Part shown: piece by piece, positions 10,809 to 21,727 of the stretch
Layout: each line of letters starts with the position of its first letter
Numbering within the stretch: the first letter of the stretch is position 1
Origin: an uncultured delta proteobacterium
Lineage (GTDB): Bacteria; Myxococcota_A; Polyangia; Palsa-1104
Direction: 5' to 3'
Assembly (NCBI GenBank): GCA_963785725.1
Contig: CAWAWS010000006.1
Coordinates: 1 to 64,000, forward strand
DNA length: 64,000 nucleotides
Made by a program: the position numbers and the translations under genes
Notes under the pieces: model-generated
Told to the model about the DNA's origin: nothing
Databases searched by the model: none
The model's input: only the letters and a program-made list of their open reading frames with translations

Positions 10809-11204
10809 ATGAGCTACCGCGCGCAAGGTCCGTTCGACGTGCAGGCCACGCCGTTTCCGCCGTACGACACGTCGGACGGCGTGACGCTCGGGCGCATGAC
10901 GTTCGTCAAGCAGTTCCGCGGCGACCTCGAGGCCTCGAGCAGCGTCGAGATGCTGGCGGCGCGCACACCGGTCGCCAATTCGGCCGGCTACGTCGCCATC
11001 GAGCGCATCGTCGGCAGCTTGCACGGCAAGCGCGGCAGCTTCGTGGTGCAGCACACCGCCACCATGACGCGCGGGACGCCGTCGCTCGTCATCACCGTCG
11101 TTCCCGACTCCGGCACGGGCGAACTCAGCGGCCTCGCCGGCGCCATGAAGATCGACAACAGCGACGGCAAGCACAGCTACGACTTCGAGTACACGATCGG
11201 CTGA
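10809..11204 (+). CDS. DUF3224 family protein
   Basis: 'KQFRGDLEASS...SAGYVAIERIVGSLHGKRGSFVVQH...VVPDSGTGELSGLAG..H.YDFEY'. Confidence 0.88.
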   Translation: MSYRAQGPFDVQATPFPPYDTSDGVTLGRMTFVKQFRGDLEASSSVEMLAARTPVANSAGYVAIERIVGSLHGKRGSFVVQHTATMTRGTPSLVITVVPDSGTGELSGLAGAMKIDNSDGKHSYDFEYTIG

Positions 11205-11229
11205 GGCCGGATCGCGCGGGCGCGGGCGA

Positions 11230-11271
11230 TTGACAGCTTACAGTGTAAGGCGATAAGACTTACAGCGTAAG
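11230..11271 (+). promoter_or_regulatory. -35 box plus two palindromic operators (TetR-like) upstream of the P450
   Basis: TTGACA 11230-11235; CTTACAGTGTAAG 11237-11249; CTTACAGCGTAAG 11259-11271; ATG at 11273. Confidence 0.75.
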
Positions 11272-11272
11272 C

Positions 11273-12742
11273 ATGCGCCTGTCATCCTTGCCTTGGCCCG
11301 CTCTGCCGTTTCCGTTCGCCCGCGACTCCGACGACGACTTGCCGCCGGGGCCACGCGCGCCGGCGTTCGCGCAGTTGGCGCAGCTGGCGCGCGATCCGCA
11401 CGGCTACCTGACGCGGCTTTCGGCCGAATACGGCGAGCTCTTCACGCTGCGCTTGCCGGGGCAGCCGCCGATGGTCATCGTCAGCGCGCCCGACGACGTG
11501 CGCAAGCTGACGACGGCCGGCTACGGCGAGCTGACGCGCGCCGCCGACGGCATCCGCTTCATCCTCGGCGATCACGCGGTCATTTTGCAGCAGAACACGC
11601 TGCACAAAGAGACGCGCAAGCTGCTGGTGCCGCCGTTCTTGGGCGAGCGCATGCGCGCATACGGCGCCGATATGACCCGCAGCGCCGATGCCACGCTCGC
11701 GTCCTGGCGCGACGGTGACGTGAAGCTGCTGCATCACGAGGCGCAGGACATCGCGCTCAACGTCATCTTGCGCTGCGTGTTCGGGCTCACCGAGGCGGCG
11801 CAGATCGACCGGCTCGGGCGCTACATCGTCGAATACTTGAACGCGATGATGACGCCGTGGATGTACGGCGCGACGCTGCTCGTGTCGGGCGCGCGCGTGC
11901 GCGATTTTCTGCGCGCGCGCGGCCGCCACATGCGCGCCGGCGACACGCCGTCGTCGTGGCCGATTCAGTCGATCGCCGATCGCTTGGGCGCCATCGACGC
12001 CATCTTGTTCGACGAGATCGCCGCCTGTCGCCGCTTGCCGGCCGCTGCACTGGCCGCGCGCACCGACATCCTGGCCATGCTCGTCGCCGCCCGCTACGAC
12101 GACGGCCAGGCGCTGCCCGACGACGTCCTGCGCGATCATCTGATGACGCTGCTCGTCGGTGGTCACGAGACGACGGCGACGTCGCTGAGCTGGGCCGTCG
12201 ACTGCGCGCTGCGCCATCCGGGCACGATCGAGCGCATGCGCGCCGAAGCCGCCGACGTGCTCGGCGACGGCGCGGCCCTCGACGCCGGCCGCGTCAAGCA
12301 GCTCGCCTATATCGGCGCCGTCATCAACGAGTCGATGCGCCTCTATCCCATCGCCTGGACGGTGCCGCGCGCGCTCGTCGTCGACACCGAGCTCGTCGGC
12401 CGCCGCTTCCGCGCGGGCACGATGGTCGCGCCGTCGATCTTCCACACGCAGCGCGACTCGCGCCATTGGCCGCAGCCGAGCGCGTTCCGGCCGGAGCGCT
12501 TCCTCGACGGCAAACCGTCGGTCTATCAGTTCTTCCCCTTCGGCGCCGGCGTGTGGCGCTGCTTGGGCGCGCAGTTCGCCGAGTACGAGATGCGCGTCGT
12601 GTTGGCGCGGATCGTCTCGACGGTCGACCTCACGCTGGCCGGCGACGCGCCGACGCGCGCGGTCATGCGCGGCCTCACCATCGCGCCCGACAACGGCCTG
12701 CCGGTGCGCGTCCGCCGTCGCGCGCCGAGGGCGTCGTCATGA
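11273..12742 (+). CDS. Cytochrome P450
   Basis: I-helix 'GGHETTA', ExxR 'ESMR', 'FRPERF', heme loop 'FPFGAGVWRCLG'. Confidence 0.96.
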   Translation: MRLSSLPWPALPFPFARDSDDDLPPGPRAPAFAQLAQLARDPHGYLTRLSAEYGELFTLRLPGQPPMVIVSAPDDVRKLTTAGYGELTRAADGIRFILGDHAVILQQNTLHKETRKLLVPPFLGERMRAYGADMTRSADATLASWRDGDVKLLHHEAQDIALNVILRCVFGLTEAAQIDRLGRYIVEYLNAMMTPWMYGATLLVSGARVRDFLRARGRHMRAGDTPSSWPIQSIADRLGAIDAILFDEIAACRRLPAAALAARTDILAMLVAARYDDGQALPDDVLRDHLMTLLVGGHETTATSLSWAVDCALRHPGTIERMRAEAADVLGDGAALDAGRVKQLAYIGAVINESMRLYPIAWTVPRALVVDTELVGRRFRAGTMVAPSIFHTQRDSRHWPQPSAFRPERFLDGKPSVYQFFPFGAGVWRCLGAQFAEYEMRVVLARIVSTVDLTLAGDAPTRAVMRGLTIAPDNGLPVRVRRRAPRASS

Positions 12743-13344
12743 CCCCGAGCGCCGCTGACGACTCCGCGAGCGGACCGGCGTGGAGCCGACCGCTGCCGCT
12801 GCCGACGCCGAGCCCGTTCGCCGCCCATCATCTGCGTTATCTGGCGCGCCAGATGGCCGCGCACGCCGATCCGCGCAACCGCGTCGTGCATCTGGTGGCG
12901 ACCCTCGTCGGCTTCCAATGCCTCGTGAGCATGTTGGCGCGCGTCTCACTCGGTCCGACGAACCTCGGCGCGATCCTGGCGCTGTCGACGTTCGTCTACT
13001 TCCTGCCGTTCGAGCCGCTGGCCGCCTGCATCGTCGGCGCGATCACGCTCGCGACGCGCCTCCTGCTCGGCCCGCAATGGGGGCAAGCGCACGTCGGGCC
13101 GGTGGCCGGCATCGGCGTCGCGCTGGCCGTGTTCCTCGCCTTCAACTTGACCGGCGTCTACACGCATCGGCTGTTCGACGATCCCATCATCGACGTGGGC
13201 TCGCGCGAGCCGACGTGGATTCGGCTCGCGAAGACGCTGCACACCATCCTCTTCTCGTCGGTGCATTTCGTGACGTTCGGGCTCGTCGCGCTCGGCCATC
13301 GTCCGCTGTTGCGCCGGCAAATCGAGGCGCAGATCCCGCGTTGA
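12739..13344 (+). CDS. Mpo1/DUF962-like membrane protein
   Basis: 'HADPRNRVVHLV' (H..P.N...H) and later 'GVYTHRLFD'; several TM segments; ATGA overlap with the P450 stop. Confidence 0.6.
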   Translation: MTPSAADDSASGPAWSRPLPLPTPSPFAAHHLRYLARQMAAHADPRNRVVHLVATLVGFQCLVSMLARVSLGPTNLGAILALSTFVYFLPFEPLAACIVGAITLATRLLLGPQWGQAHVGPVAGIGVALAVFLAFNLTGVYTHRLFDDPIIDVGSREPTWIRLAKTLHTILFSSVHFVTFGLVALGHRPLLRRQIEAQIPR

Positions 13345-13375
13345 GCGCGCTTTATTGCGCCGCCGTCCAGGCTCC

Positions 13376-13390
13376 GTAAAGAAATGTAAA
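13376..13390 (+). promoter_or_regulatory. GTAAA-N5-GTAAA direct repeat (CpxR-box-like)
   Basis: GTAAAGAAATGTAAA upstream of the GtrA gene. Confidence 0.5.
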
Positions 13391-13438
13391 AGCGCTCCCG
13401 TTGGCGGAACCCGTGCGCGCATCGTGCGTCCCACCGAC

Positions 13439-13870
13439 ATGACGCGCACTTCGCACGCGAGCCGAGGCGCCATTCGAACGTCCCTCTTCGGGCTGTTCGG
13501 CTGCGCGCTCGGCGGCTTGGCGGCGACGCTCGTCGACAACGCCATCATGCTCGTCGCCGTCGGCATCGCCGCGCTGCGTCCACCGGCGGCGACGGCGCTG
13601 GGCGCGGCGGCCGGCGCCGCCGTCGGCTTCTTGTGCGGCCGGCTCTTCATCTTCGACGGTCGTCGCCAGCCGGCGGCGCCGCAAGCGCTGCGTTATGCGG
13701 CGGTGGCCGCGGTCACGATCGTCGGCAACGTCGCCGGCGAGGCGCTGCTGGTGCGGCTGGGCTGCGAGTTCTACGTGGCGCGCGTGCTCGTGGCCGTCGT
13801 CGTGGGCGTCACCTGGAGCTACCCGTTACAGCGCAACTACGTGTTCCGCGGCTACGTAAAGGGAATGTAA
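13439..13870 (+). CDS. GtrA family membrane protein
   Basis: Four TM segments with 'RLFIF', 'QALRYAAV', 'WSYPLQRNYVF'. Confidence 0.8.
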   Translation: MTRTSHASRGAIRTSLFGLFGCALGGLAATLVDNAIMLVAVGIAALRPPAATALGAAAGAAVGFLCGRLFIFDGRRQPAAPQALRYAAVAAVTIVGNVAGEALLVRLGCEFYVARVLVAVVVGVTWSYPLQRNYVFRGYVKGM

Positions 13871-13871
13871 A
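13856..13871 (+). promoter_or_regulatory. GTAAA-N6-GTAAA direct repeat (CpxR-box-like)
   Basis: GTAAAGGGAATGTAAA about 60 bp upstream of the Spy/CpxP-like ATG. Confidence 0.45.
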
Positions 13872-13932
13872 CGCTTTAACTATTCGCGCCCCGGCTTCGT
13901 CCTATCAGCGAAACCCGAAAGGAGAACGGAAC

Positions 13933-14433
13933 ATGAAAAAGATCGCGCTTCCCATCCTCATGTTGTTGGCGGGCGCGCCGGCCTTCGCGCAGACGCAGGC
14001 GACGACGGCGGCGGGCTCGAGTGACGCGAGCGACTCGCGTGCGCAGCAGCGGCAGCAGTTCGTCGACCAGGAGATCGCGCAGCTGACGACGAAGCTCGGC
14101 CTGAGCGCCGACGGTGCCAACCAGCTGAAGCAGACGTTCGCCAAGTATCGCGCGCAGCTGCAGCCGCTCAGGCAGAGCCAGTGGCAGACCGGCAAGGCGC
14201 TGCGCACGGAGCTGGCGGCGGCGCGGCCCGACTCGTCGAAGCTGTCGCAGCTCAATGATCAGCTGATCGCCAATCGGCAGCAGATGCAGTCGATCGAGCA
14301 GCAGCGGACGAGCGAGCTCAAGACGCAGCTGACGCCGGAGCAGTTCTCGCAGCTCTTGTTGAGCCATCATCAGATGGGTCGCGAGATGCACCGGCACATG
14401 CGCGGCCAGCACAAGCAAGCGCCGCAGCAGTAA
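13933..14433 (+). CDS. Spy/CpxP/ZraP-like periplasmic helical protein
   Basis: Signal peptide 'MKKIALPILMLLAGAPAFA', 'KLGLS', C-terminal 'LTPEQ'; AAAGGAG RBS. Confidence 0.8.
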   Translation: MKKIALPILMLLAGAPAFAQTQATTAAGSSDASDSRAQQRQQFVDQEIAQLTTKLGLSADGANQLKQTFAKYRAQLQPLRQSQWQTGKALRTELAAARPDSSKLSQLNDQLIANRQQMQSIEQQRTSELKTQLTPEQFSQLLLSHHQMGREMHRHMRGQHKQAPQQ

Positions 14434-14466
14434 CGCGTTCGCGACGACGCGACGCGAGGTTCTCGG

Positions 14467-14507
14467 GCCGAGCGACGTTTGCAGACGTCGCTCGGCTTTC
14501 TTATTTT
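14467..14507 (+). terminator. Intrinsic terminator
   Basis: GCCGAGCGACGT-ttgcag-ACGTCGCTCGGC followed by TTTCTTATTTT. Confidence 0.85.
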
Positions 14508-14511
14508 CGCG

Positions 14512-15081
14512 CTACGGCTTCCAGCGCAGCGTGAACGTGACGCGCGCGCCTTCGTTGACGATGTCGAGCTTGGGGTCGCTGGCGCGCAGGAAATCGAGCG
14601 TCGCCAGGTAGCTCGCGCCCAACGACGGCGCCCACGCTTTGGTCGCGCGCATGGGCTGCGGCACGTCGTCGTGCACGATCTGCGACGTCGTCGCATCGAC
14701 CGACACGACCGAGACGGTGCCGGTGTTGCGATAGAGCAGCCGATTCAGCTTCGGCATGAGCGGCAGCGCCGTCGACGGCGACGGGTGAAACAGGCTGATC
14801 GCGCCCGACGCGAAGGGCTTGACGAGCGGCGTCTCGAACACCCGCATCGTGCCGCGTCGCCAATGGGCGCAGGCGGCGTCGAGGCCGAGCGTGAGGCGCG
14901 TGCCTTCGAGCAGCTTCAGCATGAGATCGACGGGCAGCCAGTCGACGCGGCTCGATCGCTCGATGGCGGCGATGATGTCGCTGCCGGTGACGGCGCGAAT
15001 GGACGGCCCGGGCGCGCCCAATTCGTCGACGGCGCGCAGCGCTTCCTTCATGAGGCTCGAGCGCATCTCCGGTTGCAACAT
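14512..15081 (-). CDS. Hypothetical protein
   Basis: Protein-like ORF with 'VDWLPVDL' and C-terminal 'VTFTLRW'; start chosen at MLQPEMRSS. Confidence 0.6.
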   Translation of the reverse strand: MLQPEMRSSLMKEALRAVDELGAPGPSIRAVTGSDIIAAIERSSRVDWLPVDLMLKLLEGTRLTLGLDAACAHWRRGTMRVFETPLVKPFASGAISLFHPSPSTALPLMPKLNRLLYRNTGTVSVVSVDATTSQIVHDDVPQPMRATKAWAPSLGASYLATLDFLRASDPKLDIVNEGARVTFTLRWKP

Positions 15082-15437
15082 CTCGTCTAAAAATACCACG
15101 TTCGCGGTCCCGCATTCGGTAACGCCGGGAACGCCGCAGTCGTATTCGCTAGCGTCATGTCGCAGTCCCGCGCGGCCTACCTCCGCTTCAGTCGCCGGCA
15201 GCGACGACAACGCCGGGCCGCGATGTCGGGTCTGCCCCGTCCATTTCCGTTGACACCTCTACGGCGCACGCGCGAAAATGAAGCCTCCAAAGGGAATATT
15301 CATGAGCAACCAGGCACGGATGGGTAAAGCGGTCGGCCGCGCGACATCGGGCTCGCGTCGCCTCGCGCTGCCGGCGGCCCACGCCGTCCACTAAGCCGGA
15401 GGCCACGCTGTCGACGCGGGCGTCGCTGTCGACAGTC

Positions 15438-18400
15438 GTGCGTTTCGACTTCGGCGGACGTGGCCGCTTGCGGATGGAGCCGCTGCTCGCGTTCGGCTGG
15501 CTGCGAATGGAGAGTCTACAACTGGAGATTTCCGACATCAGCGAGCAGCCGCCCGAGCCGAGCCCCGCGATCGCGTCGCCGACGCGTGCGGACTCGTCGC
15601 CGCGCGCGCCCGCCGAGTCGGCCGAGCTCGGGCCGCTGCAGCGTCAGCGGCTGCCGCTCGTCGACGCCACGCTGCGGCTCGATCGCGCCGGCGTCGACGC
15701 GCTGCTCGTGCAGCTGGCGCCGGTGCTGGCGATCGCCGGCTTCGAGAACGTGCAGCTGGCGTTCGCCGCTGGTGTCGTCGAGCTGACGGCGCGGGTGCGG
15801 CTGCGCGAGTGGACGGCCGAGCTGATGGCGCGCGTCGCCGTCGAGCCGGCGGCCGAAGGGCGGCTCGGCCTGCGCGTCATCGACGCCGTGACGTTCGGCT
15901 ACGTGCGGCGGCCGGCGCTGTTGTTGGCGCACGACCTCTTGCTGGCGCTGACGGGCGTGTCCGCCGACGAGCCGGTGAGCGTGCTCGGCTTGGGGCGCGT
16001 CGAGCTGGCGCCGCTGGAACGGCTGCGCGCCACGCTGCTCGAGCCGTCGGGCTGGTCGCTGGTGTCGCTCGACGGCCTGGGCGTGGCCGGCGCGTCAATC
16101 GGCGCCGGCGCCGCCGAGCTGCGCTGGGCGCGCAAGACCGCCGCGACGACGCCCGACACACCGGCGCTCGCCGCCGACGAGCCCGGCCTGCACGCCATCG
16201 ACGACGCCATCGAGCGCAACGATCTGGCGCAGGCCGCCATCGCTTGTCGGCAAGAGGCCGCCCGTCATCCCGAGCGCGAGCCGGCGTTGACCGAGCGCCT
16301 GTTGTCTATCTTGTGCGCGCGTGACGGCACGCTCGCCGACGCCGCCGAGCTGGCGCAGTCGGCGCAGACGCGCTGGCCCGAGCGAGTGATGCCGTCGCTG
16401 GCGCTGGCGGCGGTGGCGACCTTCCGCGGCGGCGGGCAGGCCGCGGCCGCACACTTCGCCGACGCCGCCCGCCGCGCGCAAACGCTCGGCGACGCGCTCC
16501 TGGCGGCGCGCGCGGCGGTGGCGGCGGCGACGCAATGGCGCGCCCTCGATCCCGCGCAAGCGTTGCCGCTCTATCAGCTGGCGCTGGCGCTGCGTCCCGA
16601 CGATCGCGAGTCGTCCGACGCCTTGGCCGAGCTGTACGCCACCGCCGGCCGCTGGCTCGAGCTGCGCGCCCACATTCAGGCGCGCCTGCCGACGCTGCGC
16701 GATCCGGCCGAGCGGCTCAACGGCCACCTGCGCGCGGCCGAGCTGTCCTATTCGCGCTTGCGCGATCCGGCGGCGGCGCGGGTCGACTTGCAAGCGGCGG
16801 CGGAGCTGGCGCCCGACGATCGCCGCGTCTGGGAGCGCCTGGCGCAGCTGTGCGAAGCGGCCGGTGACGCGCCGGCGAGCATCGCGGCGCTGGAGCGGCT
16901 GGTCGCCATCTTGGCGACGACCGACGACCGCTTGGCCGAGGCGCGGGCGCTCGTGCGCATGGCCAGTCGCTACGAAGATCTGGGCGACGACAAAGCGGCC
17001 ATGACGCACTATCGGCGGGCGTTGGCGCTCGGTCCCGACGATCCGGGCGCGCAAGAGCGCTTCGCCGGCGTGGCCGCGCGTCAAGGCGACGTCGCGGCCG
17101 CGATCGACGCCTACCGCCAGCTCTACGAGCGCGGCGGCGGCACGAGCGATCGGCGACGGCGCGCGGCGCAGCGCCTGCTGCAGCTCTTGGTGACGACGGG
17201 CGAGCTGGCGAGCGCGCGTCAGCTGCTGCCGGCGCTCATCGACGAGCCGCCGCCCGACGTGCTCATCGGCTTGGGCCGCCTCGAAGAGTCGAGCGACGAG
17301 CTGACCGCCGCCGCCGACTTGTGGGCGCGCGCGGCGGCGCAGCTGCAAGGCGCCGAGGCCGCGGCCGCCGAGCTCGAGCGCGGTCGGCTGTGTCGCTTGA
17401 CGGCCGCGTTCGACGACGAGCGCGTAGCGTTGGCGCGCGCGTTCGTCCTCGCGCCGCAGCTGCCCGAAGGCATCGCGGCGCTGGCGCGGCTCGTCGTCTT
17501 GAGCCGCGTCGCCGGCGACGTCGCGGCCGAGGCCGATTGGATCGATCGCCTGCTCGCGGCCGCGCCGGCGCTGACCGATCCCGAGCACGTGACGCTGGCC
17601 TTGCGCCGGGCGCGGCTGTTCGTGGCCGCCGCCGATGCCGGCGGCGCCGCGCGCGTGTTGGCGCGGCTCGTCGACGCCGGCCACGACGGACCGGCGGTGC
17701 AGCGGCTCGACGCCGACGTGCGCGGCCTCGCCGGTGACTTCGCCGGGCGCGCCGCGGCGCTCGAGGCGTTGGCCGCCAACGCCGGTGAAGACGCGGTGTC
17801 GCTGTGGATCTTGGCCGCGTCGAGCCGCTTGGATGCCGGTGACGTGGCCGCCGCCGATGCCGACTGTGTCGCCGCCGCCGCGCGAGCGCCCGACGATGCC
17901 GGCGTGCGCGCGTTCGCGGCCGAGCTGGCCTGGCAGCGGCAAGATTGGGACGCCGTCGCGGCGCTGTATGGCGCGCTGGCCGAGTCGACGGCGGGCGAGA
18001 CCCGCGTCGCCTTCGCCGTCCGGCAAGCGGCGGCGCACGAGGCGCGCGGTCACGACGAAGCGGCGCTGGCCGCCCTCGATCGCGCCGTGTCCGCCGCCGA
18101 TGCCGGCGGCGCGCCGCTCGCCGATGCGTGGCGCGCCTGCGCCGAGCTGTACCAAGCGCGCGCCGAGGAGGCCACGGCCGCCGCCGTCTACGCGCGCGGC
18201 GGCGGCGACGAGCGCGTGCCGACGAGAGAGCGCGTCGGCTTGTGGAACCGCGCCGCCGCGCTCTTCGAATTGCGCCTCGGCCGCACCGACGACGCGGCGG
18301 CGGCGCTGCACGAGGCGCTGGCGCTCGACGGCAACGACGTGACGACGCTGGACGCGCTCGACACGCTGCAAGCCCACGCCGGCGACGAAGCGGCGCTGAT

Positions 18401-20668
18401 GACGACGCTCGAGCGCAAGCTCACGACGACGTTGACACCGGAGGCGCGCATCGACACGTTGCGCCGCTTGGGCGCGCTGGCGGCGACGCGCGGCCGCGCC
18501 GACGTCGCGCGCGCGGCGCTGACCGAGCTGGCCGCGCACGAGCCGGCGCCGCTCGACGCCCTGCGCTGGCTCGCGGAGGACGCCAACGCGCTCGCCGATG
18601 ACGCCGCCGCCGACCTGTGGGACGCGCGGCTGGCGCAGCTCGACGCGCTGTCCGACGACGAGCGGCGCGCGGCCAACGTGCGCCTGGCGACGCGCGCCGA
18701 GCGTCACCAGCGGCTCGACGACGCCGAGGCGCGCTTGTGGGCTGCCGTCGAGCTGACGCCGAGCGCCGCGCAGCCTCCGCTGTTGACGCGGCTGCAGGAC
18801 GTCTACACCCGCGCCGGTCGCTGGGCCGATTGCTGTTGGTCCTGCATCATCATACGGCGCTGGCGGAAGAGGGCGAGACGCAGCTGCAGCTCGAGCTTTT
18901 GCGCATCGACGTGCTCGCCAATCGGCTCGATACCCCGCGCGTGGCCTTGGAAGCGGCGCAGGCGGCGATCGCGCGCCATGGCCATGAGCCGCGCCTAATC
19001 GCCGCGTGGACCGATGCCGCGCGCGCGGTCGGTGGCGCCGACGCGCTGGCGGCGCTCGTCGCCGGCGTCGCGCCGGCCGAGCGGCTGGCGTTGGCCGAGC
19101 GGCTCGACGACGCGCAGCTGGCCATCGCGCTCGGCAGCGCCGCCGCCGCCGAGCTGCCCGACGGTCCGGCGCGCCGCGACGCCTGGCGCCGCTTGGCCGA
19201 ACGCGCGCGCGCCGCCGGCAATCCCGAGGCCGAGCGCGTGGCCTTGAGCGCGCTGTGGTCCGACGGCGACGAGGGCGATCGCGAGCGCCTCGTGGCGCTG
19301 CTCGCCGCCGCCGCCGAGCACGAAGACGCCGCGCGCCGGCTGTCCGCGCAGCTCGACGAAGCCTTGGCCGGGCGTCGCGATCCGGCGCCGCTGCTGGCGC
19401 GACTGCGCGCGCTCGGCCGCGTGCCCGTCATTCAGCGCGCGTTCGCCGCCGGCCTCATGCGCGCCGCCGACACCAGCGCCGACGACGAAGCCGCCGCCGC
19501 CTGGCTGCGCGAAGCCTCGTCAGTGTGGAGCGGGCTCGACGACTTCGCGCGCGCCGCCGACGCCTTGACCTCGGCGCAGGCGCGCCGTCCCGCCGATCCC
19601 GCGCTCTTGGCCGAGCTCGACGTGCTGCTCACCGATTTGGGCGATTATGCGCGGCTGCGCGAAGCGGTCGAGCGCCACTTGTCGACGCAGGAGGGTGAAG
19701 CGCGCCTGCCGCCGCTGCGTCAGCTGGCGCAGCTGGCCGAGCAGCTCAACGATCCGGCGGCGCTGCAGCGCTATTTGGCGGAAGCGCGGCGCCTCGAGCC
19801 GCAAGCGGCGGCGCGCGTCAACGTGCAGGCGCTCGTGCGCACCATCGCCTTCGGCGACGACGGTGGCGCCGGCGAAGCGCGCCTCAGGCGCGAGACGACG
19901 GAAGCGGAGCAGCGGCTCAACGCGCTGCCGGCCGATGACGTCGTGCGCGTGCGGGCGACGCGGCGGCGGCTCGGCGAGCTCTATCGCGACAGCGGGCGCT
20001 TCGCCGAGGCCTTCGATCAGCTGTCGGCCGTGCTCGCCGACGAGCCGTCGAACGGCGGCGTCTTGCGCGCGCTCGTCGAGGTCGCCGAAGCCGACGGCCG
20101 CTGGCTCGACGCCGCCAAGCTGCTCGGCCGGCTGTCGCACGTCGTGGCGGCGCCGGCCGATCGCGCGCGGCTGCTCCATCGCGCCGGCGAGCTGCAGCTG
20201 GCGCGCCTCGGCAACAAAGCGGCGGCCAGCGACTGCTTCTTGGAGGCGATCGATCTCGACCCGACGCACTCGCCGACGCTGCGCCGCCTCGTCGACTACT
20301 TTTGGAGCCGCGGCGACGTCGCGAGCGCGTCGGAGATGGCGCTGGCGCTCGACGACGAAGGCGCGTTCGTCGCCGTCGACACGTCGTTCGGCACGCGCGC
20401 CCGCGGCGCCTTGTCGTTGGCGGCGTCGGGCGATGTCGCGCGCGCGGCGCTGCTGGGCGCGACGTTGGGCACGGCCGGCGGCCCGGCGGCGCTGGCGACG
20501 GCGGCGCTGGAGCTGGCCGCGCGCGCCGGCGACGACGAAGCGGCCGTGCGCCTGCGCGACGTGGCCAACGACGCCACGCTCGTCGCCGTGCGCCGCCGCC
20601 TCGACGCGCGCGCCGCCACCGATCCGCGCGCCGCCAACTTGGGCAGCGCGCTCGATCGCACGCCGTAG
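15438..20668 (+). CDS. Large Ala-rich TPR-repeat protein (~1700 aa; frameshift near 18830)
   Basis: Repeated TPR-like helices ('ALPLYQLALALRPDD', 'YRRALALGPDDP', 'FLEAIDLDPTHSP'); ORFs 15438-18998 and 18617-20668 join. Confidence 0.8.
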
Positions 20669-20799
20669 ACCGCTTTCGCCGGCGCCGCGTCAACCCAGCC
20701 GCGCACTGCCGCATCGTTGGGCGCAAACAGCATCATTATTGTCGCTGGGCTGTGCGACGCATCATTCTCGCCCGTCCGACAATCGCGTAATCAACAGAT

Positions 20800-21723
20800 A
20801 TGCGTACTGTTTTCTTGGCTTCGATGTTCATTGCAGTCGGCTGCGGCGGCAGCCACAAAGACACGGAAGACGACATGTCCGTCGCCGACATGGCCGCGAT
20901 CGACGACCTGGCCGTCACCCGGCTCAGCGACTTGCCGATCACCATCACCGACGGCGGCTCTTACGTCACCGATGGTGGCTCGACCTGCCTCGAACCGAAG
21001 TCCGGCTATTACCCGTACGCCAGCATCGGCATCTACACCGGCAACAGCAGCAACAGCACCGGCAGTCCGCGGACGCTCGTCAACATCGGGTTCGGCAGCG
21101 CCGATCAGCCGAGCGTGCTCACGTCGACGGTGCTCGGCTGCGGTAGCTTTGCGAGCCCGGTGAAGCAGCCGGTCGGCGCCGTCCCGCCGACGGGCGCCAA
21201 GACGCTGGCCGACAGCGGCGGCACCGTCACCATCAGCGGCGGCTCGCAGACGGTCTACGTCTCGCCCGACAGCAGCGACCGCTACGCCTATTCGAGCGAT
21301 GGCTTGCTCTTTCCGTCGGGCGCGCAGCTCGGCGTCGACGTCGGCGGCGCCTGCGACATCGCGCCCGTGCACTTCGACGTCGCCGTCCCCAACGACAAGA
21401 TGAGCGCGCCGCTCGACAGCGATACCGTCTCGCGCGCCAGCGACTACACCGTCAAGTGGACGCCGTCGAACGGCACGTTCTACTTCCAATTCCAGGCGCC
21501 GAACAACACCGGCGTCAGCTGCGCCTTCGACGCCACGACGGGCTCGGGCACGATCTCGGCCGCGCTCATGGGGCAGCTCGCCGCCGGCACCACCAACGTC
21601 GCCGCCTGGACCTACGCCTATTACGACACCGTCGATCACGGCCGGCCGTATCAGGTGTTCGTCAGCGCCGACGTCATGCGGCCCGACGGCACGCGCGTGC
21701 CCGTCGCGGTCACGCTGCAGTAG
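20800..21723 (+). CDS. Lipoprotein, unknown function
   Basis: Lipobox 'IAVGC'; Ser/Thr/Gly-rich beta-type sequence. Confidence 0.75.
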   Translation: MRTVFLASMFIAVGCGGSHKDTEDDMSVADMAAIDDLAVTRLSDLPITITDGGSYVTDGGSTCLEPKSGYYPYASIGIYTGNSSNSTGSPRTLVNIGFGSADQPSVLTSTVLGCGSFASPVKQPVGAVPPTGAKTLADSGGTVTISGGSQTVYVSPDSSDRYAYSSDGLLFPSGAQLGVDVGGACDIAPVHFDVAVPNDKMSAPLDSDTVSRASDYTVKWTPSNGTFYFQFQAPNNTGVSCAFDATTGSGTISAALMGQLAAGTTNVAAWTYAYYDTVDHGRPYQVFVSADVMRPDGTRVPVAVTLQ

Positions 21724-21727
21724 CGCG

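Noticed and set aside
16095..18707. Long antisense and alternate-frame ORFs (e.g. 870 aa here, 30909-33896, 61758-63656)
   Set aside because: Arg/Ala-rich shadow ORFs are expected at high GC opposite well-supported genes; parts of some are just frameshifted pieces of the real gene.
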